Assembly: GCA_050014495.1 (NCBI GenBank)
Contig: JBEKDF010000017.1
Coordinates: 1 to 59,705 of the forward strand
Length of the DNA stretch: 59,705 nt
From: Candidatus Bathyarchaeia archaeon
GTDB lineage: Archaea; Thermoproteota; Bathyarchaeia; TCS64
Direction of reading: 5' to 3'
The translations under genes were made by a program, and so were the position numbers. A model generated the notes under the pieces. The model saw only the letters and a program-made list of their open reading frames with translations, made no database searches and was not told the origin of the DNA. Position 1 is the first letter of the stretch; every line of letters begins with the position of its first letter. This document shows, one piece after another, positions 27,104 to 36,753 of this stretch.

Positions 27104-29848
27104 TCATGGTGCCACGGTTACGTAATAGAACTTGGTTATTCCCTGATCCGATGGAACAAAGACCCCTAAGTTGATGGTGCCCTGGGTGTTATAGACGAAT
27201 ACTGTGCCGCCGATCGCGCTGTCACCATATTTTGCTATGAAGCTCGTGATCTCATTTAGCGACTTATCAAATCCATCATGGCTGAGTGAGTTGGAGCCCA
27301 TGTTGACGAAGACGGTGGGGTTAACCGAGGTCGCGTTCACGACCAGCAACCCACGATCCGCTATCGCCTTGTACATTCCATGGATTAGGGCGCCGGTCGC
27401 GTTACTCGGAGGCGGTGTGAGGCTGAATAGATCGTCGTATGCTGACACGGCGTCGGAGCCCGCTCCGACGCTGCCGGATGTCGGATCGATGGCGGTCATG
27501 AATGCCAACTGGGTCACGACTCCCTGGGTTCCAGGGTTAGTGTAAATCGCTACGAAGTATTCCAGGGTCCCGCCAACGGAGTAGAGGAGGTATGAACCGA
27601 ATCGGTAGTTGGGGAGGAGGGTGAGCTCGGTCCTCACGTGGCTGTTTGTGGTGAGGGCGTTCTCGGCCGCTGAAGGCCCGATGAATGTGGCGTTTGTCGA
27701 TGGCGTCTGGTATAATTCGATCTGGCCGAGCCTGTCACCGTTGTACGCGATGTAGACTCCAGCTAGGTTCTTGCTAGCTGCGCTCTGGAAGTGCGCGAGT
27801 TGCATCCCTACGAAGTAGGTGGAGTTGCCGACTGCCCACGGGATGTACTGCACGGTGTTGTTGTTTGGCCGCTCATAGAACTCGGATCCTGACCGCCAAA
27901 TGAATGGCTGGTTGACGTGGTAGAGGAAGTCGTAGTCGAGTTGGCCGGGTGAGCTGGGTGATCCGAGCAGCTGCTCGGGGTACCTGAGCTGTGGGACGAG
28001 CCAGGCGGGTGCCTTTCCCCAGTCGCTGTAGTACTTGGCATAGTAGTCGGTCAAGAAGTCGTTGCTCCCCATTCCGATGAGGTCGTAGGTCGTGTATCCA
28101 TGTAGGGAACCGTCGCTGATGTCTACGAGTACGACGCCGAAGAACCTCAGGTATGGGCTGGCCGAGAAGCCTGAGTGTATCGGGTAACTCGTGTATAGTT
28201 GGACTACGTAGTAGAGCCTGCTCCCATCAGTCACGAGGTAGGCTGCTGGGTCCATGGTGAGTCCGGATATGAGTACGTCGCCCACCCTCTGGTAGACGTC
28301 TCTGTGCCAGAGCATGTCGATGGGGTAGTTTGAGAAGGCGAATCCCGCCTGCCCTTCGCTGAAGGTGAACCACATGCTCTTCTGCCACCCGCTGAGGGTG
28401 TAGTCGGGCTGACCCACGTAGCTGGCGTTCTGAACCTCTTGGTAACCGGGCACGTGGACGTAGACGTTGGTGTCGAAGCCGCCGCTGGGCGTCGACTGGC
28501 CGTAGTAGATGGACGGTTCCCCGGTTACTCCGAACGCCTGCTGGGGTTGTAGCTCGGCGCCGGTGTGGGTGTTGATTACGAGGGTCCTCGATGCGTGGGT
28601 GTAGATCAGGTGTTCGCTTATCCAATCCGTGGCTGGGTAACTGGGGGTTGTGGGTGAGACCCAGTACTCCTTGTTGTTTAGGAAGACGATCTCTGAGCTG
28701 GCGAGCTGCATCCAGTTGTATGCGCCGATCTCCTTCGTCATCGTGACGGACGCTGACTGTCCATCCCATTGTCTTACTAGTCCAAGTATCGTGCCGGTGT
28801 TGCTTGTGGGGAGGTTTTGAAGTGAGCGGATGTTGATGCCGTTCAAACCAGCCGACCAATCGGTGACTGTTATGGTCTTCTGGGTCTGGGGATACCATTC
28901 ATAGTTGAGGTAGTTGTTGTTCCAGTTTAGTTGAAGGTAGAAGATTACCCCGGTCACCGAGACGAGAACTAGGCCCAACACGAGGGGGACCACAACAAAT
29001 CTGCTCATGGTACCCTGGGAGATCCCTCTTCCCCCACTACGGACAAACTGCTGTCCTGAGAGTGCTAGTAGGAGTAGGGCCCATGCGCCTACGTACCAGT
29101 ACGGTGTCGAGGCGTTCATGGACCAGTAGGGTGCCCTCAGGATCATGAACGCGACTATGGAGGCACCGAGGAGGAATATGTGCTCCACCCATGAATCCTT
29201 CCAACTGAGCCCGCTGGTGATCCTCATCCCCAGACCCGATATTACCCTGAGGAACATCCTGATCGCGAAGACTGATAGGATGAGCCATGCGACGATGTAG
29301 ATGATGCGGTATTGGGCTTCAAGAGTTGGCATGAGGTTTATTAGTTCATCACCCGAAGCGGGCATGAGGGGAAGCAGGATGACCCTTGGGATGTTAAGCC
29401 AGCTGCCGTAACCCATGGCGTTTAGCATCACTGGGTTCATTACGTCGCCCAGTGAGGGGAGGGCCCCGCTGGGGACTACCATCCCGAATACTATCAGCCA
29501 CTTTGTGAACTGCCAGATCACCCAGGCCTTGAGTCCCCCGGGGACCTCGTTTTTGGGGTTAGGGGAAGCGGCTGTGGAGAAGAATCCCCGGGCGACCCTC
29601 CAGAAGTCGCTGTGCCCGATCTCTGGGTTAACCACTAAGAGGGCTATGAGTCCGGCGACCCAGAAGGTCAGGCCGTGGTAGAATTTTATATAGACCCAAT
29701 CTAGGCCTGCCTTGACCCTGTAGACCCACTGGAAGATGTCGAATAGTAGAAACAGCCAAGCGAAGTAAAAGATCGCGACTATGATGAGTATGCTGAGCGA
29801 TATGAGCAGAATGCTTCTGAAATATTTAGGGTCGTTAGAACTCGACAT
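27104..29848 (-). CDS. UPF0182 family membrane protein
   Basis: N-terminal TM helices; VRQWD, WISEHLIYTH, IYYG, QLRYPE motifs. Confidence 0.85.
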   Translation of the reverse strand: MSSSNDPKYFRSILLISLSILIIVAIFYFAWLFLLFDIFQWVYRVKAGLDWVYIKFYHGLTFWVAGLIALLVVNPEIGHSDFWRVARGFFSTAASPNPKNEVPGGLKAWVIWQFTKWLIVFGMVVPSGALPSLGDVMNPVMLNAMGYGSWLNIPRVILLPLMPASGDELINLMPTLEAQYRIIYIVAWLILSVFAIRMFLRVISGLGMRITSGLSWKDSWVEHIFLLGASIVAFMILRAPYWSMNASTPYWYVGAWALLLLALSGQQFVRSGGRGISQGTMSRFVVVPLVLGLVLVSVTGVIFYLQLNWNNNYLNYEWYPQTQKTITVTDWSAGLNGINIRSLQNLPTSNTGTILGLVRQWDGQSASVTMTKEIGAYNWMQLASSEIVFLNNKEYWVSPTTPSYPATDWISEHLIYTHASRTLVINTHTGAELQPQQAFGVTGEPSIYYGQSTPSGGFDTNVYVHVPGYQEVQNASYVGQPDYTLSGWQKSMWFTFSEGQAGFAFSNYPIDMLWHRDVYQRVGDVLISGLTMDPAAYLVTDGSRLYYVVQLYTSYPIHSGFSASPYLRFFGVVLVDISDGSLHGYTTYDLIGMGSNDFLTDYYAKYYSDWGKAPAWLVPQLRYPEQLLGSPSSPGQLDYDFLYHVNQPFIWRSGSEFYERPNNNTVQYIPWAVGNSTYFVGMQLAHFQSAASKNLAGVYIAYNGDRLGQIELYQTPSTNATFIGPSAAENALTTNSHVRTELTLLPNYRFGSYLLYSVGGTLEYFVAIYTNPGTQGVVTQLAFMTAIDPTSGSVGAGSDAVSAYDDLFSLTPPPSNATGALIHGMYKAIADRGLLVVNATSVNPTVFVNMGSNSLSHDGFDKSLNEITSFIAKYGDSAIGGTVFVYNTQGTINLGVFVPSDQGITKFYYVTVAP

Positions 29849-29975
29849 CTAGAACAAATTATAGTTCTGAAACCAATCGATTTAACAGTTCTTATTTGAT
29901 GGTGTTTGTGTCGCGCGAGCGTGTGCTTTCTTTACGCGCGCGAGGCTGGTTTAAATGAAAGGTTTTGTTAGATAA

Positions 29976-30179
29976 ATGCGATATACATTGGAGACGAAAA
30001 ATATAGTGATTTTCGGCGTCTGGACTTTTGTCATCGTCATGATGATTATGCTTTTCTGGAGAGGACAAGCATCCGTGGCCGGTATTGGTGGGCCTTTTGT
30101 GGCTTCATTGTTAGTATTTATAGTTGCGATGGTTTTTAGTTACGGTTTTCTCATGACGAAACCGATCAAGAAGGATTAG
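29976..30179 (+). CDS. Small 2-TM membrane protein
   Basis: Hydrophobic 67-aa ORF between (CG)n tracts at 29935-29942 and 30209-30215. Confidence 0.6.
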   Translation: MRYTLETKNIVIFGVWTFVIVMMIMLFWRGQASVAGIGGPFVASLLVFIVAMVFSYGFLMTKPIKKD

Positions 30180-30245
30180 AGCCTGGAGGTGTTTCCGTTC
30201 GGTTCCTTCGCGCGCAACTATGAAATTGAATTTTGGATTTATTAT

Positions 30246-30575
30246 TCAATCCTTAACTGGATTAGTCTCCTTCCGCCGTTCTAGCTCGGCTTCCATTTCA
30301 CTTCGGTATGTTGCGAGCTGGTCTTTCTGTGGAGCGGTACCTTTTACCCCCATGGCTTTTCCATAGTCGGTGGTGGATATGTCGCTATGACTCTTATATG
30401 CCTCTTCAACCTCGTTGAGTTGTTCTAGCTTGTTGTGAATCACGTCCTCGGGAACAGTCTTAAGCGCGGTCTCGCTGAGGGGCTCGAAAAAGGTTTTTTT
30501 CTTGGGAGGGGAGGGGATTGAATCTTTCCAGGCCTTTTTTCGGGGATCGGGTATGTTTCTACCCATTCGTATCAT
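30246..30575 (-). CDS. Hypothetical protein
   Basis: 109-aa charged ORF with ATG start. Confidence 0.6.
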   Translation of the reverse strand: MIRMGRNIPDPRKKAWKDSIPSPPKKKTFFEPLSETALKTVPEDVIHNKLEQLNEVEEAYKSHSDISTTDYGKAMGVKGTAPQKDQLATYRSEMEAELERRKETNPVKD

Positions 30576-30725
30576 CTTATTATCATTGTTGAGTATTACT
30601 ATATCTTAGTTGCTTCCCTTGCTTCTTCGTGAGCGCGCGGATAGGTGGAATTTCGCGCGCGTACCTGCATCGTTAAATCTTGAGGGCCGTGGTTACTTTA
30701 AGGCGGTTGCCCGGAGGCGTCCAAT

Positions 30726-32270
30726 CTGTCCGATGACTATCATAGTCTTTTAAGGCAGACGGCTCATGGAAGCCTGGTTCTGCTCCTCGGGCAGGTGGCC
30801 TCGACTGCGATTCTCGCGGTCGCCCAGATAATCATCGCTAATCTCCTTGGGCCGGATAGGCTCGGGGATTACACGGTCGTCTTTGTCCCCATCGGTGTGG
30901 CGCTTCTATTCCAGGACCTTGGCGTCAGCGTGGGGTTGACTTCACATATCGCGAGGTATCATCATGTCGAGCTTGAGGAGGAGAGGAAGACCATCCTCCT
31001 AGCGGGGCTGACCTTCAACATCATTGTTTCGCTGCTTGTGGCGTCCTCGGTTTTCCTCTTGTCGCCTCTGATTGCCTCAGATTTTCTGCATAGGCCTGAT
31101 CTTGAGTTACTCCTGAGGATTGCCTCCTTGTCTATCTTCGGGCAGGCGCTTTTCACAACTGCGAACGCCATTTTTGTGGGCCATGGGCGGATGGAGCTGC
31201 AGAGCCTCAGCACTGTCATCTTTGCGGTGATCAAGGGGGTCTTATCCCCACTCCTCGTCATAATAGGTTTCAGTACCCTAGGGGCGGTTCTGGGACACTC
31301 CGTATCTTATTTCCTCACCGGCTTGATCGGTCTCTTCATCATTGCTGCGTTGCTGAGGAACTGGAAGGGGGAGGTAAAGGTCCACCTCATGCTTAGTGAG
31401 GTTGGGCACCTTATCAGATATGGGTTACCAGTCTACCTATCATCGCTGGTGAGTGGGGGTCTTAATCAGGTTTACAATAGCTTGATGGTTCTCTATGTGG
31501 TGAATACGCAGATTGGGAACTACAGCGCGGCTCTATATTTCGCAGTTGTCGTGGGATTCGTGACCACATCGATCTCCATAGCTGTTTTACCGCTATTCTC
31601 CAGACTGAGGAGGGATGACCCAAATCTTGGACTCTATTACAGGGATGCAGTCAAGTACTCCAGCTTCTTTGCCCTCCCAATAGTGGGGGCGCTGATTGCG
31701 TTGAGTGATCCCATAACCAGCGTCGTTTACGGTGGCAGGTTTCCCATATCTGCATTCTATCTCCAGGTTTACATGTTGACGTTTGTCTACATAGGCTTCG
31801 GTAATGTGGTGACTGGGAATATCCTCAACGGGCAGGGTGAAACTCGGATCAATCTAAGGTGCGCCTTGATTAGTCTGTTGACTGGAGTCCCATTAGCGCT
31901 TTTCCTAGTACCGAATTATGGGATGATTGGGCTGATACTCACGTTAATCGTTTCGCCTCTACCCAGTGTGCTTTACGGTTTGTTCTGGGTTAAGAAGAAT
32001 TTATTCATGGGCCCCGACTGGAGTTCGGGTGCAAAGATTTTTTCGAGTGTCTTTCTTTCCACGTTGTTGACTCTATTCTTCGTTGGGGTCCAGTCTAATC
32101 TCTGGGTCATGCTGTTTGGTGGCGCGACGATTTTCCTGGTGTTATATCTGGTTATGATTAGGGTCCTGAGGGTGCTCGATCGTTCCGATTATGAGTTTTT
32201 TAGAGCCATTGTTGGGGAGACGGGTGTACTGGCTCGACTTGTTAATCGAATAATTGATCTAATTGATTAA
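30726..32270 (+). CDS. Oligosaccharide flippase (Wzx/MOP family); probable CTG start at 30726
   Basis: In-frame extension SDDYHSLLRQTAHGSLVLLLGQ upstream of the listed start, GGAGG at 30713; LLGPDRLG.Y, FQDLG, GNYSAA; 12-14 TM helices. Confidence 0.9.
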   Translation: MSDDYHSLLRQTAHGSLVLLLGQVASTAILAVAQIIIANLLGPDRLGDYTVVFVPIGVALLFQDLGVSVGLTSHIARYHHVELEEERKTILLAGLTFNIIVSLLVASSVFLLSPLIASDFLHRPDLELLLRIASLSIFGQALFTTANAIFVGHGRMELQSLSTVIFAVIKGVLSPLLVIIGFSTLGAVLGHSVSYFLTGLIGLFIIAALLRNWKGEVKVHLMLSEVGHLIRYGLPVYLSSLVSGGLNQVYNSLMVLYVVNTQIGNYSAALYFAVVVGFVTTSISIAVLPLFSRLRRDDPNLGLYYRDAVKYSSFFALPIVGALIALSDPITSVVYGGRFPISAFYLQVYMLTFVYIGFGNVVTGNILNGQGETRINLRCALISLLTGVPLALFLVPNYGMIGLILTLIVSPLPSVLYGLFWVKKNLFMGPDWSSGAKIFSSVFLSTLLTLFFVGVQSNLWVMLFGGATIFLVLYLVMIRVLRVLDRSDYEFFRAIVGETGVLARLVNRIIDLID

Positions 32271-32346
32271 GGGAAGGAAAACATCGCTCGCATGCGGGAT
32301 CGAAACCCCTTAATGCGCACACACATATACCCACACAGGGACAAAC

Positions 32347-32580
32347 ATGGGCACAAAGAACATCTCCATATCAGAGGAAGCCTACGAGAGACTAGCCGCA
32401 TTAAAGAGGCCAAACGAGAGCTTCACAGAGGTCGTGAATCGACTTACGAGAAAGAGGTCTATACTCGAGTTGGCGGGTGCCCTAACCGAGAAGGAGGGAA
32501 AAGAGATCAGTGGTGAAATCGCTGAACTCCGAAGAGCAAGCTCGAGGAGAATCATTTCACAAGCAAACAGGGTTGAGTAG
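32347..32580 (+). CDS. vapB: VapB-type antitoxin
   Basis: MGTKNISISEEAYERLAALKRPNESFTEVV, immediately upstream of a PIN toxin. Confidence 0.9.
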   Translation: MGTKNISISEEAYERLAALKRPNESFTEVVNRLTRKRSILELAGALTEKEGKEISGEIAELRRASSRRIISQANRVE

Positions 32581-32582
32581 AG

Positions 32583-32975
32583 ATGCTTGCGGACACATCA
32601 TTTCTCATCGACCTCATGGTTGGGGATAAGGCTGCGGTGGAGAAGGCTAGGGAGATCGAGGCTAAGGGTACACCACTTTTCGTGTCTGCGCCTACCTTGT
32701 TCGAGCTCTATGTGGGTATTTCCCTGAGTCGTAAGGCCGAGGAGGAGATAACTCGAATCCAGGTTGTCCTCGAATCTCTCCCCTTTATACCACTGGACAT
32801 TGAGTCATCAAAGGCTGCTGGACGAATTTTCGGGGAGAAGAAGCAGATGGGCTCCACGATTGACCCTGAGGACGCTATGGTGGCGGGGATCGCTAAGGTT
32901 CACGGTGAGAAGGTTTTGACCAGGAATCTGAAGCATTTTAAGGGTATCGAGGGAGTAAACGTAGAGTCGTACTAA
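32583..32975 (+). CDS. vapC: VapC PIN-domain toxin
   Basis: ADTSFLID, FELYVG, DAMVAG, LTRNLKHF. Confidence 0.95.
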   Translation: MLADTSFLIDLMVGDKAAVEKAREIEAKGTPLFVSAPTLFELYVGISLSRKAEEEITRIQVVLESLPFIPLDIESSKAAGRIFGEKKQMGSTIDPEDAMVAGIAKVHGEKVLTRNLKHFKGIEGVNVESY

Positions 32976-33077
32976 AGCAGCTAGCGCGCGCAGCCCATTG
33001 AACCAATGATTAGTAGCCTACAATTTCTCCATTGTTTTAAGCAGTAGGCTTTCTTGGAGAAAAGATTGTGAAAAATA

Positions 33078-33338
33078 CTATTGTCTCTTGTGTAGTTCTG
33101 TGTGGCACTTCTCACATACTTCGACTGTGTTTTGGTCTGGGTGGGATGGGTCGAGTTTATAGTGGTGTACGTGGGTTGGCGTGGAGACTCCGCATTTCCC
33201 GCATTTATTATTTTTATTAAGTGTTACGAGTGATATGATTTTCCCGAAGTCGGCTACGATGTAGACGTTGTATACGGGGTACTCGTAGACGATCATTGAG
33301 GTGGAGTCGCTGACTTCAACGAATCGGTATTGGTTCAA
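33078..33338 (-). CDS. Small HNH-like/Zn-binding protein
   Basis: CGKCG...HVHH...N.VEVCEKCH resembles the HNH beta-beta-alpha-metal motif. Confidence 0.55.
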   Translation of the reverse strand: MNQYRFVEVSDSTSMIVYEYPVYNVYIVADFGKIISLVTLNKNNKCGKCGVSTPTHVHHYKLDPSHPDQNTVEVCEKCHTELHKRQ

Positions 33339-33580
33339 TCTCTAACCCTCCATAGAGGACTGCGTACTCACCATCTAACTTTTTTGAGGTAAATTACGTC
33401 TAAGTTGAGGTTAGCTTGGTTGTCGATTAGGTAGGAGTCGCTTGTCAATAGTGGTACCTTGTGGAGAATCGATTCTCAGTTTCCAATGCGCGCGCGCACG
33501 CGGGCACAATTCTAATTTCGAATTCCCGAGCCAGTGCGCCCTATAAGTAGGGCATTAAGCGAGGGCGCGAGTGCTACGAG

Positions 33581-34096
33581 CTAGTGGTGCATCCCGTCGT
33601 GGAACCAATCCACGAGTGAGACCTCGTTCGTGTTTCCACTCTTTTCAACGTGGACAATGCCCCGCTCAGAGAGAGCGGCGACGACCCTGTGCGTCTTCAG
33701 CCTCGATAGACCAGATTCCTTCGTGATGAACTTCTGCAGGTAAGTGCCTCCGTGGGCGTCGAGCACACCAACTACCTTCCTCTCCTCGGGCTTGAGAGTT
33801 CGCAGGACTATCGAGACTGCTTCTTTCCCATTTCCCGATACGTAGTTCTTCATCTCGGGGACCACAAGGAAGTAGATGACCCCCACCATGCTGGCGAGAA
33901 CGGTACTTAGGAAGAGCAGGGAAGAAAGCGGTATTATGAAGGGCAGGTCAGATGGGAAGCCGCTTGCCAGAATCCCCGCGAGCACGCTCAGCGGCGACTC
34001 CATGGGAGCTAGGATCATGGCAAGGATGATCATTGAAACTGCAAGCCCGGAGGTCGCTGTCAGGAGCATTATCAGCAGAACCTTGAGCTTATCCAA
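33581..34096 (-). CDS. Membrane-anchored winged-helix transcriptional regulator
   Basis: Two TM helices, then LKPEERKV...LQKFITKESGLSRLKTHRVVAALSERGIV. Confidence 0.85.
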   Translation of the reverse strand: MDKLKVLLIMLLTATSGLAVSMIILAMILAPMESPLSVLAGILASGFPSDLPFIIPLSSLLFLSTVLASMVGVIYFLVVPEMKNYVSGNGKEAVSIVLRTLKPEERKVVGVLDAHGGTYLQKFITKESGLSRLKTHRVVAALSERGIVHVEKSGNTNEVSLVDWFHDGMHH

Positions 34097-34136
34097 CTCG
34101 TCCGCTTCCTCCTACTCCAGAGTTAATCCCTATCCT

Positions 34137-34604
34137 TCATTTTAGCTCACCGGATCGAATTGGTTCTTTCTCAACCGACTCTACCTTGGTCGGAGGTCTC
34201 CATCTTAGGGCCATTATGCCACCCACTATTCCCAGAATCGCCCCCACAAAGAAGCCCCCCGGGCCTAGGAAGCTCAGGACGGAGAAGACCATTATGAGTA
34301 TGCCCCATGTCTCCCGCTGACTCGGTTTCACTCGGAGCATCAACGCCGATGCCAGCACTATGACTCCCGAGATCAGTCCAAACAACCCCATCACTCCAAC
34401 TATGCCGGATACTAATCGTGGCATAGCGTCGGCGGTGAGGTTTGGTGGTGGGCTGAGGTTGGTGTAGTTGATGTACGGGAGGACGAAGGCGGAAACGGCG
34501 ACAAGAAGCATGCCGCCCAACATTATCAGGATACCGCCAATGAGGGCGAGTATCGAAGCGATGTTCGGATAACCGGATGATGTATTTTGTGTCATGTTAG
34601 CCAC
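34137..34604 (-). CDS. 4-TM membrane protein (DUF4064/DUF6114-like)
   Basis: LALIGGILI...WGILIMVFS...GGFFVGAILGIVGG. Confidence 0.75.
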   Translation of the reverse strand: MANMTQNTSSGYPNIASILALIGGILIMLGGMLLVAVSAFVLPYINYTNLSPPPNLTADAMPRLVSGIVGVMGLFGLISGVIVLASALMLRVKPSQRETWGILIMVFSVLSFLGPGGFFVGAILGIVGGIMALRWRPPTKVESVEKEPIRSGELK

Positions 34605-34986
34605 GGATGGGGTATGGATTTGACCGGAGTAAATAGGTTCGGTGAAACGATCTTGATACTGTATTCCACTTGGTTGAAACGATAATGAAACAGTAGTCGT
34701 TTCGCGTGCGCTTGGAGATCTTCGATATATTCAGGGGGGTAGATGCGTAGTCTCGTTAAGGAATAATCATTATTCATGCGTTCGAGATGTCGTATATACT
34801 ATAGGACAATTGGATTTATGTGGAAAACCCTTAAAAGTTCAGCGAACAGTGATTGTGGCGCGGTGAAGGAAATGACCAAGGTGAATGAGGATGTTGATGA
34901 ACCGCCTTGGCGCACCAGCAGCGGTTCATGAGGCTGTTACTAGTTCCCAATTGAGTATGGAGGTGAACCCATAGGGGTGATTCCTG

Positions 34987-35148
34987 ATGAAGGACACCGG
35001 GCAGATGGAGTTCAGCCTATCCAGCCAGAACTTCAAACGGAGCTGTAGAGAACCTCCTGTTAGCTTGACTGATGATTGTAGGAAGTGTAACGAGTATAGA
35101 CGCTGTCTGCATTATTGGAGGCTGGCGGAGCATCTAGAGGATTTCTAA
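34987..35148 (+). CDS. Small Cys-rich protein (53 aa), not in the ORF track
   Basis: MKDTGQMEFSLSSQNFKRSCREPPVSLTDDCRKCNEYRRCLHYWRLAEHLEDF; GGGGTGA 6 nt upstream. Confidence 0.55.
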   Translation: MKDTGQMEFSLSSQNFKRSCREPPVSLTDDCRKCNEYRRCLHYWRLAEHLEDF

Positions 35149-35233
35149 TTCGTGGATACAATTGTAAACATTCCCGATCTTTTTAGCTAAGCGTATGACC
35201 ACTCTTAGGCATCGGGGTTTTTGGGTTTCGTTC

Positions 35234-36445
35234 TCACTGTTTTTTCAGGATCTTCTTCTGTGCTTCGATGAGGTAATCGACGTCTGCCTTCGAGTTAAAG
35301 AAGTGGCAGCACACCCTAAGCCCGATCACTCCGCCGATGCCCCTGTGGCAGAGTTTTATGGGCTTCTCCCCGCTCCACTCCGCGTTAAAGCTCGCCTGAG
35401 TCATTTTATCGGTTTCGTAGCTGCCCGTGGTGTAGATGATGAGCCCGTGTCTCATCTTGGGGTCCTCAGGGGTCAGCACCCTACACCCGATCTCGTTGAG
35501 TCTGTCGATGCAGTAGCTCCCTAGGCTGCGGACGCTGCGTTCAACGTTCTCTATGCCGATTTTCTCGTAGAACTTGAGGGTCTCGTTCCACCCGAAGAGG
35601 ATGGGCGTCACGCAGGCCCCCATGTCGAATCTCGTGGCGTTTGGCAGCAGGGGGTAGTCCCAGCTCTCTAGGTTATCCTGGTCTGGGTGGCTGAAGGGTA
35701 TGCCGTTTGGTAGGCTCGACCAGAGGTAGTTTCGGAAGGTCGGGTCGAACTTCTCTATGAGTTCCTTCTTGATGTAGAAGATGCCGGCTCCCTCGGGGCC
35801 GCATTGCCACTTGTAGCTGCCGGTAACGAGGAAGTCGACGTCGTCTTTCTTCACGTCGACGTCTATGGCTCCGACGGATTGTATTGCGTCGTTCAGCACG
35901 TAGGCTCCGTGTTGGTGGGCGATGTCGCTGATTGCTCGTGTGTCGTACTTGAAGCCGCTCCAGGCCATTGTGTCGTTTAGGACGACGAGTCTGGTCTTGT
36001 CATCGACCGCCTTCTCCATGTCGTTTGTCTGGATGATGTTGTTTACGTTCTTGACTCGGTGGAGTTCAACGCCTTTTCTCTTCGCGAGGTCCATGAGTAT
36101 GTAGGGGATGGAGGGGTAGTCGAGGTCGGTGAAGACGACGTTGTCCCCCTTCTCCCATTTCAGTAGGTCGTTGATTATGAGGTTGGAGGCTGTCATTACT
36201 CTGTAGATGTTCGTGACCTCCTCCTTCTCCGCGTGTATGAGCTTCGCTGCGCGCTTGATGCATTCTTGGAAGCTTGTTGTGAGGAAGGGGTGGTCTGCGT
36301 GGTAGTATGGGTTGGATTCGTAGATGGAGATGCACTCCTTCATGGCGTTGAGCCAGTACCTGCCGGGGATCATCTGGTTCGCTGCGTCGAAGAAGACCCA
36401 ATGCTTGAGCATCGGGTAGACCTCTTCCCAGTCCTGCTTCATCAT
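35234..36445 (-). CDS. Class V PLP-dependent aminotransferase/cysteine desulfurase-like protein
   Basis: FFDAA, DYPS, NDAIQSVG, GSYKWQCGPEG, RVCCHFFN. Confidence 0.9.
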   Translation of the reverse strand: MMKQDWEEVYPMLKHWVFFDAANQMIPGRYWLNAMKECISIYESNPYYHADHPFLTTSFQECIKRAAKLIHAEKEEVTNIYRVMTASNLIINDLLKWEKGDNVVFTDLDYPSIPYILMDLAKRKGVELHRVKNVNNIIQTNDMEKAVDDKTRLVVLNDTMAWSGFKYDTRAISDIAHQHGAYVLNDAIQSVGAIDVDVKKDDVDFLVTGSYKWQCGPEGAGIFYIKKELIEKFDPTFRNYLWSSLPNGIPFSHPDQDNLESWDYPLLPNATRFDMGACVTPILFGWNETLKFYEKIGIENVERSVRSLGSYCIDRLNEIGCRVLTPEDPKMRHGLIIYTTGSYETDKMTQASFNAEWSGEKPIKLCHRGIGGVIGLRVCCHFFNSKADVDYLIEAQKKILKKQ

Positions 36446-36515
36446 GGTGGAACAGGTTGGTTTCAGTGTTATTTATAGGAATCTAGTTGACTCTGATTAT
36501 GCATATGCTGGGGCT

Positions 36516-36665
36516 TTAGAGATCTTCGTGCGCTTGAGCATATTCTGAGAAGCATTTTAGGCACGAATCGCCTCTCCCGGGGATGTAGGCCATGAATGTG
36601 GTGAGTGGTTGATTGCAGTTGACACATCTTATGGTTTGTTGTTTGGCTTTGGGGGAGTTTTCCAT
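36516..36665 (-). CDS. Small Zn-finger protein (49 aa), paralog of 38803-38985; not in the ORF track
   Basis: MENSPKAKQQTIRCVNCNQPLTTFMAYIPGRGDSCLKCFSEYAQAHEDL. Confidence 0.75.
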   Translation of the reverse strand: MENSPKAKQQTIRCVNCNQPLTTFMAYIPGRGDSCLKCFSEYAQAHEDL

Positions 36666-36753
36666 GCGCAGTTATAGTGATGGTCGCTCTTAAGGTCGTT
36701 TAATTTTGAGGCGGAGCTTGCGAATATCATGAATTTGGTTATGCTTGGGGCTT

